Positions 1 to 7,718 of a DNA stretch of 49,599 bases are shown here, one piece after another. The stretch is from positions 74,022-123,620 of the forward strand of contig JAKALS010000005.1 of assembly GCA_021813145.1 (NCBI GenBank), in the 5' to 3' direction. The position numbers were made by a program, and so were the translations under genes. The stretch is from a bacterium (GTDB lineage Bacteria > Patescibacteriota > Microgenomatia > Levybacterales > UBA12049). Every line of letters begins with the position of its first letter. Positions within the stretch are counted from its first letter, which is position 1. The notes beneath the pieces are model-generated. The model had not been told where the DNA came from. It was given only the letters and a program-made list of their open reading frames with translations, and ran no database searches.

Positions 1-209
1 ACGGCGCTTATGCCTTCTGTCGTAGAAAGTTTCAAAAAATAATTCTTGTTATCTCTTTTAAGTATTGCGACTGCATGTCTTTTTTCCTGCCAGATTTTTT
101 CGACAGAAAAATTTTTCTCAAAAAATTTCCTAATTTTTTCAAGATCCAGATTGCGTCCCTGCCGGTAGTCAAGAAGTTTTCCATTCACGTTAACTTCAAA
201 AGCTTTCAT
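1..209 (-). CDS. Partial CDS running off the window start; possibly a kinase/phosphotransferase-like N-terminus
   Basis: Read manually: MKAFEVNVNGKLLDYRQGRNLDLEKIRKFFEKNFSVEKIWQEKRHAVAILKRDNKNYFLKLS..., open to base 1. TGC-TATAAT lies 7 nt upstream of the ATG. Confidence 0.6.
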   Translation of the reverse strand, partial: MKAFEVNVNGKLLDYRQGRNLDLEKIRKFFEKNFSVEKIWQEKRHAVAILKRDNKNYFLKLSTTEGISA

Positions 210-280
210 TAAGTAAATTATAGCAATAAATGAGTCATACCGGCCTGGTGTTGAATTTAAGAATATGCTACGATTGATGT

Positions 281-562
281 ATGAACTGTACGCCTACGGA
301 ATTGGGTTGTATTCCTAATGATCCGGTTGGATTTGTATCCAAATTTTACGGGATAGGTTTAAGCGCAATAGCCGGGGTAGCTCTGATTTTTTTGATATAC
401 GGGGGATATACTATTCTTTCTTCGCAGGGGAATCCTCAGAGTTTAAATAAAGGGAAAAGCTATATTATGTATGCAATTATAGGCATATTGTTTGCTGTTT
501 TGGGATTTGTGTTTATCCAAATAATAGCCGTTAACGTTTTGGGAATTCCGGGTTTTAAGTAG
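281..562 (+). CDS. CPR-type pilin (TrbC/VirB2-like)
   Basis: 93 aa, N-terminal Cys pair, two hydrophobic helices around 'IYGGYTILSSQGNPQSLNKGKSYIMYAIIG'. Confidence 0.75.
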   Translation: MNCTPTELGCIPNDPVGFVSKFYGIGLSAIAGVALIFLIYGGYTILSSQGNPQSLNKGKSYIMYAIIGILFAVLGFVFIQIIAVNVLGIPGFK

Positions 563-565
563 AAT

Positions 566-2896
566 ATGAAACTGCCCTTTCGATTAAGAATCAGAAAGTA
601 TGAATTAAGAATTACGAATTCAAAAAAAATTCTTCTGGTTTTTGCTTTAATTCTCGCTTCTTTATTTTTTGTCCATGCCTCCCATGCCTTTGCGCAAGCC
701 GCACCGAGTCCTTCTTCTGTCCCGGCCGACGGTACATGGGTGCAGGATCCGGATGTAACTTTTGTAGGTAAAGTAGGAGCAAGGGCAGGTTCTTTTCTGG
801 ATTGGACTCTGCAAAATTACAACTGGTCTTTTGTTTCCGGGGGCCAAAATCCGCTGGCTTCATTTTGGGTGACAATCAGGAATATCGTTTATGCCTTTCT
901 TATTCTTTTTATCCTGATTACGGCATTTATTTTAATAGTTACAAGAGGTAAGAGTGTCACGATTATGCGGTTTATTCCGAGATTTATCCTTGTGATTTTG
1001 CTTATTACTTTTTCCTTCGCCCTTACCCAGTTTATTTATCAGATTATCGATATAATCCAGGGGTTTTTCCTTGTAAACCCCGACCCTAGTACCGTGGCCG
1101 CCCACCCTTATATATGGCAGGGAAACCTTTTATATATAGGTTTTGATTACCAGAATTTTATAGGGTACAGAAGATACGGGCTCCCTTTTGACGAATCCGC
1201 TTTTATTTCCCTTCTTCTGGTAAAGCTTACCGCCATTACTTATTACGTTATGGTCGGAGTTTTGCTCCTTCGAAAAATAATACTCTGGTTTTTTATAATT
1301 ATTTCTCCGATTTTCCCTTTGCTTTTACTGCACTCTCCGATAAGAAATACCGCAAAAATATGGATAGGAGAATTTTTCAGGTGGCTTTTATATGCTCCTC
1401 TTTTTTCGATATTTCTTTCAGGCCTTGTTTATATTTGGAGAAGCGGAATTCCGCTTAAATTTAATTTTGATAATTCGGTTGTTTACCCGACGGCAATAAA
1501 TATTTTACTCGGCGGTCCGGGTCAGACTCTTTCGATGAATAACAGCGTAAATAACGCCAATACGTTTGCCCTTTATGTGGTAGCGCTTCTTATGCTTTGG
1601 GTAGTCATTATTCTGCCGTTTTTACTTTTGCAGATTTTCCTCGATTACATGGGTTCGATATCTTTGGGTGAAAATAATTGGGTCAAGCAGCTTGTAACTT
1701 CCGGCTCGTCATTTGTCGGACGGGGACAACCCCCGGCTCCTGCCCCTTTGCCTTCGCAGCCTGCAGGAATAGCCAGAAGCATTCCTTTTACGGCAAAAGT
1801 GGAAATACCGGAAATACGCTCCGAGAATCTTTCTTCAAGTCTTGCCAATTTACACTCTGTTTCGCAAAGCAGCGAAATTCTGCAGCTTACAAATCTTTCT
1901 ATTCCCACAATGAGAGATATTGCAAAGTATGAGACTTCCGCTATTTCCTCGGATATATCAAGACATCAGGAAATTGCAAAAATGCACGAAACCCTGGAAA
2001 GAATTGCGAATCCGGCCGTAATGGGAGGAATGGATAAGCAGAAGTACGCAATCGTTAAAGACAAATTAATGCAGGAGCAGCAAAAGGGAAATCCCGTTGC
2101 GACTTCCATACTTTCGGCCGCAAATACCGTTTCATCATCGTCTACTACCTCCATTCTCTCCAAAGAGCAGGATACGACAAAATTAAATACGGCGCTTACG
2201 CATATAGCAAATCCCGATTTTGCGGATCCTCTGGAAAAACAGAAGCTTCTTACCATTAAACAGCATCTTGAAGACGCCGAAAAAACAGGTGACCCTCTCG
2301 CAACATCCATACTCTCTTCCGTTAGAAAAGGGAAGGCAGACGCGGATCTTAAGGAAAAACTTAAAGAAGCAAAAGACAAAGGCAATTCGCTTGCCGCAAT
2401 GATTCTGGCAGAAGCGGGCATAGCGGACCTAAAGAAAGCCTCCGCCGGCTCGTTCCCGGTTGTAAACAGGGTGCAGTCCGTAAATCTTGACGATTACGAG
2501 GCCGTAAAGAAGATGTGGGTTGAAAATTACCAGAAACTCGAACCTCCAAAAGCATTGGGCAAAGACAGAAGCAGGAAAGAATGGCTAACCGCCGATGTCT
2601 CAAGAATCAACGAAACTATTAATCTTCTCGTCTCTTCCGACCCTCAAAATGTAAAGAAAGGAATGGAATCGGTAGGGACAATCCTTCCGTTTCTCTTGAT
2701 AGGAGGATTTTCCCAGACGGAGGTAATAGCTTATCTTAAGGCAAAACTGGAAGCGGCAAAAGAAGTTTTGTCTTCCATCTCAAACAAAGAAGAGGAAGAA
2801 GACACAGCTTTAGATAAAAACAATAAAAAGGAAGAAAAACCCAAGGAAATGCAGGAGCAGGAGGAAACTGGGCAAGATTTGGGAGGGAATAATTGA
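566..2896 (+). CDS. Large polytopic membrane protein, VirB6/TrbL-like N-terminal half with a soluble helical C-terminal half
   Basis: 776 aa, signal peptide (HAFAQA), about 6 TM segments (LLLRKIILWFFIIISPIFPLL, WIGEFFRWLLYAPLF), 3 nt after the pilin gene. Confidence 0.5.
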   Translation: MKLPFRLRIRKYELRITNSKKILLVFALILASLFFVHASHAFAQAAPSPSSVPADGTWVQDPDVTFVGKVGARAGSFLDWTLQNYNWSFVSGGQNPLASFWVTIRNIVYAFLILFILITAFILIVTRGKSVTIMRFIPRFILVILLITFSFALTQFIYQIIDIIQGFFLVNPDPSTVAAHPYIWQGNLLYIGFDYQNFIGYRRYGLPFDESAFISLLLVKLTAITYYVMVGVLLLRKIILWFFIIISPIFPLLLLHSPIRNTAKIWIGEFFRWLLYAPLFSIFLSGLVYIWRSGIPLKFNFDNSVVYPTAINILLGGPGQTLSMNNSVNNANTFALYVVALLMLWVVIILPFLLLQIFLDYMGSISLGENNWVKQLVTSGSSFVGRGQPPAPAPLPSQPAGIARSIPFTAKVEIPEIRSENLSSSLANLHSVSQSSEILQLTNLSIPTMRDIAKYETSAISSDISRHQEIAKMHETLERIANPAVMGGMDKQKYAIVKDKLMQEQQKGNPVATSILSAANTVSSSSTTSILSKEQDTTKLNTALTHIANPDFADPLEKQKLLTIKQHLEDAEKTGDPLATSILSSVRKGKADADLKEKLKEAKDKGNSLAAMILAEAGIADLKKASAGSFPVVNRVQSVNLDDYEAVKKMWVENYQKLEPPKALGKDRSRKEWLTADVSRINETINLLVSSDPQNVKKGMESVGTILPFLLIGGFSQTEVIAYLKAKLEAAKEVLSSISNKEEEEDTALDKNNKKEEKPKEMQEQEETGQDLGGNN

Positions 2897-2916
2897 TATA
2901 ATTATTTAAACTGCCT

Positions 2917-5445
2917 ATGCTTGGAAATCTATTTACTACAAAAAAATATGTCGGCGAAGAAGCACCCCCTGTTTTAAATAATCAGCCTGTTCAACAACCC
3001 CCACAAATACAACAACAGGAAAAAGACATTGTAGGCTCTTCCATGACTCCCGTGACCCGCCAGGATTTATCGGTTCTTTCGCATCTTGACACAAGGGCTT
3101 CCGCCGTTTTGTCGCAAGCCGAAAAAGAGGCAAAAAGAATCAAGCAGTCGTTGATAGAACCCGAGCAGATTTTAATAGGTCTTACTTTTGACGGCGAAAT
3201 ATTTTCCCTGCTTTCCAAATTTTCGGTAAATGTCGCGGCTTTGTCGTCGGAAATAAGTTCAAAAGAAAAAACGGGAACTTTTGAAGGGAGTCCGACTTTA
3301 AGTGAAATATCAAAACAGATTTTTGAAAAAGCTTATTCGATGGTAAAAGAAAGGGGAGTCGAATTCGTAAGCCCCGAGGATTTGCTGGTCGCGCTTTTCG
3401 AGCAGAATGTTTCGGTTTCCTCGCTTCTGCGGTCTCAGGGTATTGAGAAAGATAAGATAGAAGCGGAACTGACAAAGTCCACAAGCTTTGTCTACGGAAA
3501 AAAATCCGCTCTTGAGACATACGGATTAGACTTAACCGAAGAGGCAAAAAACGGCGGACTGGACCCGATAACGGGAAGAGACAGGGAGGTCGAAAGAGTA
3601 GTCCACATACTTTTAAGAAGAAGTAAAAATAACCCGATTATCATAGGAGAGGCGGGAGTAGGCAAAACTGCAATAGTAGAAGGATTGGCCCAGGAAATAG
3701 TTACCGGAAAAGCCCCAAAAGATTTACAGAACAAAAAAATAATACAGCTTGATTTGTCGTCTATGGTTGCGGGAGCGTCTCATCGGGGGGAATTTGAGGA
3801 AAGGCTAAGGAGCGTAATAAAAGAAACCCAGGCGGCCGGAAATGTGATACTTTTTATAGACGAAATACATACATTAATAGGGGCCGGCGATACGGAGGGT
3901 GCTTTGGACGCTTCGAACATCATAAAACCCTTTTTAGCAAGAGGACAACTTCAATTAATAGGGACTACAACGACAATGGAGTATAGAAAGCATTTTGAAA
4001 AAGACAAAGCATTCGAGAGAAGGTTCCAGCCGGTAACCGTCGACGAGCCGGACGAAGAAACTGCAGTTTTGATGCTTAACGTCTTAAAACAAAAATACGA
4101 AAATTTCCATAAAGTTGTAATAACGCCGGAGGCGATAAGCGCGTCGGTGAAACTTTCCAAAAGATATATCGGAGAAAGATATCTCCCGGACAAGGCCGTA
4201 GACTTACTCGACGAAGCAGCCGCAGAGGTGAGACTGGAAGACCAGAACGGGAAAAGGGCAAATAATAACGTTACCGAAGAAGACGTCCAAAAAATAGTAT
4301 CAAGCTGGACCGGGATTCCAATAACAAAACTCACCGAAAACGAGAGCGAAAAGCTCCTGCACCTGGAAGATCTTATCCATAAAAGGCTGATAGACCAGGA
4401 AGTTGCGGTTTCGACCGTAGCCGAGGCGGTAAGAAGAGGAAGAATAGGCCTTTCAAATGCCAACAGGCCGATTGCCTCGTTTATTTTCTTAGGCCCTACC
4501 GGTGTGGGAAAAACGGAGCTGGCAAAAACCCTCGCATCGATACTTTTCGGAAAAGAAGAGGCGATGATAAGGCTTGATATGAGCGAATACATGGAAAAGC
4601 ACGAAGTCGCAAAATTAATAGGAGCCCCTCCCGGATATGTAGGTTACGAAGAAGGCGGGCAACTGACCGAAGCGGTAAGGGCAAAGCCTTACTCGATAGT
4701 TCTTTTGGACGAGGTTGAAAAAGCACACCCCGACGTATTTAATATTTTACTCCAGCTTTTGGAAGACGGGAGGCTTACCGATAACAAGGGAAACACTGTC
4801 TCATTCAAAAATACGATCGTTATAGCAACTTCAAATATTGGAAGCGCTTTAATCCAGCAGCAGCTTTCCCAAGCTTTTGCCCAGGCGCCGGGAGAATCGC
4901 AGGAAGAATTGGAAAAGAAGAAATTCGATGATCTGTCAAAAATTCTTGTGGGAGAGCTCAGGAAGTTTTTCAGGCCGGAACTTTTAAACAGATTTGACGG
5001 GGTGGTGATTTTTGAGCCCCTGGCCCAAAAAGATATGGTTGAAGTCGCAAAACTTCAGGCGGAAGGAACGAGGAAGCTTTTGTTAGCCCAGGATATCGAC
5101 ATGGAACTTTCACAAAACGCACTTTCACAGCTTGCAAAAGAAGGCTACGATCCCGTCTACGGGGCAAGGCCTCTAAGAAGGCTGATACAAACGGGGATAG
5201 AAAATCCGATAGCCGTTCTTATAATCAATAAAACTTTCCAAAAAGGGGATAAGATTCTCGTCGACTACGACGCGGCAAAAGACGAATTTACGTTTACAAA
5301 ATCGGTACAGGTAGCGCCTCAGGAATTACCCCAAAATAACGGAGTAGAGCAACCGGTAATAAAAGAAGTTCCTCCGCCTTATCAGGATCCCGTTCAACCG
5401 GACGGAACGCAAATGCAGCCGCAAAATTCCCAAAATTCTTTATGA
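2917..5445 (+). CDS. Clp/Hsp100 ATPase (ClpA/ClpC-like)
   Basis: ClpN-like repeats; NBD1 GEAGVGKT / LFIDEIH; NBD2 GPTGVGKT / LLDEVEKAH; GAPPGYVGY; GARPLRR. Confidence 0.9.
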   Translation: MLGNLFTTKKYVGEEAPPVLNNQPVQQPPQIQQQEKDIVGSSMTPVTRQDLSVLSHLDTRASAVLSQAEKEAKRIKQSLIEPEQILIGLTFDGEIFSLLSKFSVNVAALSSEISSKEKTGTFEGSPTLSEISKQIFEKAYSMVKERGVEFVSPEDLLVALFEQNVSVSSLLRSQGIEKDKIEAELTKSTSFVYGKKSALETYGLDLTEEAKNGGLDPITGRDREVERVVHILLRRSKNNPIIIGEAGVGKTAIVEGLAQEIVTGKAPKDLQNKKIIQLDLSSMVAGASHRGEFEERLRSVIKETQAAGNVILFIDEIHTLIGAGDTEGALDASNIIKPFLARGQLQLIGTTTTMEYRKHFEKDKAFERRFQPVTVDEPDEETAVLMLNVLKQKYENFHKVVITPEAISASVKLSKRYIGERYLPDKAVDLLDEAAAEVRLEDQNGKRANNNVTEEDVQKIVSSWTGIPITKLTENESEKLLHLEDLIHKRLIDQEVAVSTVAEAVRRGRIGLSNANRPIASFIFLGPTGVGKTELAKTLASILFGKEEAMIRLDMSEYMEKHEVAKLIGAPPGYVGYEEGGQLTEAVRAKPYSIVLLDEVEKAHPDVFNILLQLLEDGRLTDNKGNTVSFKNTIVIATSNIGSALIQQQLSQAFAQAPGESQEELEKKKFDDLSKILVGELRKFFRPELLNRFDGVVIFEPLAQKDMVEVAKLQAEGTRKLLLAQDIDMELSQNALSQLAKEGYDPVYGARPLRRLIQTGIENPIAVLIINKTFQKGDKILVDYDAAKDEFTFTKSVQVAPQELPQNNGVEQPVIKEVPPPYQDPVQPDGTQMQPQNSQNSL

Positions 5446-7304
5446 ACCTTAAAAAGTTCAAAAATTTTTTAATTAAACGGAAAACTTATTTTATTTTGGG
5501 GATAATAATTTTTATTCTTTTTGTTGTTTCTTCGGCTTTTCTAATAAATACTCTTAAAACAAAAGAAACGGCAGACAAAACTTGGCAGATAGAAGTTAAC
5601 TACAGCCACAGCAAAAAAAAATTTTCGCTATCAAAAATAAGCCTTATAAACGGGAAATACATTCCGGATCAAAGAGCGGCTTTATATTCCCCTTACAATC
5701 TAAAAGTTTTTGATAATAGCGGAAAAGAAATCTTTTCCGAGAAGGTTAATCTTTCCCAGGAGATACTCTACGATTATTTCAACAGCGCTTCGGCGAGCTC
5801 TTCTTTTACGAATGATGTTAAATCGGTATTTTTTGTTCCTTTCGGTGCAGATTCCTCGAAAATAATTATCTACAAAGGCAATACGGATATCCTGGAAATA
5901 AATCTTCCCAAAAAAACCTCTTACGGTTTTACTCCTAAGGCATATGCCCAAACCGCCAGTATTTCCTGCGGCCCCGTAACTACGGTTTTTATAAACGATA
6001 ATTATACAAATACCAATCAGTTTAAATCGGATGTTTCTTATCTTGAAAATCTATACAACACGACCCCTCCTTATAACGTAAGCCCGAGTATTTTCGATTT
6101 TAAAGAAGTGGACCAGGCGCAAAACTTCGGCTGTGCAACTTCGGGGATAAAATGGTGTATAGAAAATAAGATTTCCAATATAAAAACAGCGGGTCTTGCC
6201 TCTTATCCTTCCGCGCAAAAATTTATAGTATTGGTAAATAACCCCAATGCTTTGTCGGTTGACGGGGGGCTCGCTGGCCTTGTCAACGGAGTGGGGGGAG
6301 ATACGATAATCTATACGAATTTTATATACCCGGGTCCTACGGGCGCAAAGCCCTTTGCCGCCGCTTCCCATGAGCTTGAAGGACACGCAGTCGGTTACCT
6401 TTGGGACAGATACGTTTCAAGCGATCCCAATTATTCTTCGATACCCGCCGGGTTTCCGCAAAGCAACTGCTCGACGGGTCCCCAGGGTGAAAGTTTCTGG
6501 CCCCAGGCGGGTTCAACGGGAGTTTACAAAGGGTGCGCGAACGGCAGCCAGTACGCTCCGTATCCTTTAACCTGCCGGTCGCAAACTCCCGCTTTAATAA
6601 GCGGAGGGACAAACAATACGATAATGAGTGCGATAGGTTGTTCGCCGAATGAGTTCGACCCGGTCGAGCAGGCGTGGATTAAAAATAATATTCTTCCTTA
6701 TTACAAACCCTGTTCGGGAGGACCTGTCCAGACAATTTCTCCAAGTCCCGTTCCGACAACTTCCCCTTCTTTGACTCCCTCGCCGACTGGTTCTCCGACT
6801 CCTGTTCCCGTTGTGCATTCCATAAACGGAAATGCTTTTGTCGATTCGAACAACAACGGCCAAAAAGACAGCAACGAACAAAATTTTCAAGGTCTTACGG
6901 TCACACTTTCCGGCCCCTATTCCGGTTCTTTGGTAACAGACTCTTCGGGAAATTATTCATTTAGTAACGTCCCCGAAGGACAATACACGATAAGCGCTAA
7001 TGATTCTTATTATCATATTAGCTTTGGCTCCCATACATTTACGGTAACCGCAAACACCCTGGCGTTTACAATAAATTTTCCCATTCCTCCTTCGGCGTTG
7101 AATACCCCAACGGCCGAACCCACGCTGGTTTCTCCCTCTCCAACACAAAGTCCCGCGCCTTTCCCGACTATCCAGGCAACAGAGGTGACTCCCACTCCTG
7201 CTCCTATTCCTTCGGCCGCAAGTTATACCTGTGTTTTTGATCCTTCATGTCAAACGGGGCAAAGCTCCATCCAGATATGTCCTTTAAAATGCACTCCGAA
7301 TTAA
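5442..7304 (+). CDS. Membrane-anchored extracellular protein with an M64-like metallopeptidase domain, SdrD-B-like domain and Pro/Thr linkers
   Basis: N-terminal TM; HELEGHAVGYLWDRY resembles M64 HEFGHxxxxLxDEY; GNAFVDSNNNGQKDSNEQ is SdrD-B-like; many Cys; PT-rich linkers. Confidence 0.55.
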   Translation: MNLKKFKNFLIKRKTYFILGIIIFILFVVSSAFLINTLKTKETADKTWQIEVNYSHSKKKFSLSKISLINGKYIPDQRAALYSPYNLKVFDNSGKEIFSEKVNLSQEILYDYFNSASASSSFTNDVKSVFFVPFGADSSKIIIYKGNTDILEINLPKKTSYGFTPKAYAQTASISCGPVTTVFINDNYTNTNQFKSDVSYLENLYNTTPPYNVSPSIFDFKEVDQAQNFGCATSGIKWCIENKISNIKTAGLASYPSAQKFIVLVNNPNALSVDGGLAGLVNGVGGDTIIYTNFIYPGPTGAKPFAAASHELEGHAVGYLWDRYVSSDPNYSSIPAGFPQSNCSTGPQGESFWPQAGSTGVYKGCANGSQYAPYPLTCRSQTPALISGGTNNTIMSAIGCSPNEFDPVEQAWIKNNILPYYKPCSGGPVQTISPSPVPTTSPSLTPSPTGSPTPVPVVHSINGNAFVDSNNNGQKDSNEQNFQGLTVTLSGPYSGSLVTDSSGNYSFSNVPEGQYTISANDSYYHISFGSHTFTVTANTLAFTINFPIPPSALNTPTAEPTLVSPSPTQSPAPFPTIQATEVTPTPAPIPSAASYTCVFDPSCQTGQSSIQICPLKCTPN

Positions 7305-7352
7305 AATTCAGAATTTGACGCTAGGTAACAAATCTTTTACACTTAAACTAAC

Positions 7353-7386
7353 TGCCCCTCCTTCGCCAAGGCTCCGGAAGGGCAAG
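7353..7386 (+). repeat. GC-rich REP-like imperfect hairpin
   Basis: TGCCCCTCCTTCGCCAAGGCTCCGGAAGGGCAAG lies between a TTGACG-17-TACACT promoter (7315-7343) and the ATG at 7391. Confidence 0.45.
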
Positions 7387-7390
7387 CCGT

Positions 7391-7717
7391 ATGGGATTAC
7401 TTTTATTGCCTTTTGAATTTTTAAAATTCTGGTTTTTTGAAGCACCTTTTTCGCTCATTTCTTTTTTCGTATCCCTGAACAAGGCGTTTTTACAGCTTTT
7501 TTCGCTGCCTCTTCTTATAAGAACGTATTTTAAGCCCTGGAAAAACGAATACAGGCAGGGACTCGTGGGGTTTTCCATAGGCATGGGGATGTTTATTAAA
7601 AGTTTCGTAATAATTGCCGACTTGGCGCTTTTGCTGCTTCTTTTATGCGTTGAAGTTTTTTTATTTTTTGCATTTTTAGTCTGGCCGTTGGGGACTGTTT
7701 ATATTCTTTTTATCTGA
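7391..7717 (+). CDS. Small membrane protein coupled to the downstream Clp ATPase
   Basis: 108 aa, hydrophobic, 'LLIRTYFKPWK' motif, 1 nt before the next ATG. Confidence 0.75.
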   Translation: MGLLLLPFEFLKFWFFEAPFSLISFFVSLNKAFLQLFSLPLLIRTYFKPWKNEYRQGLVGFSIGMGMFIKSFVIIADLALLLLLLCVEVFLFFAFLVWPLGTVYILFI

Positions 7718-7718
7718 T

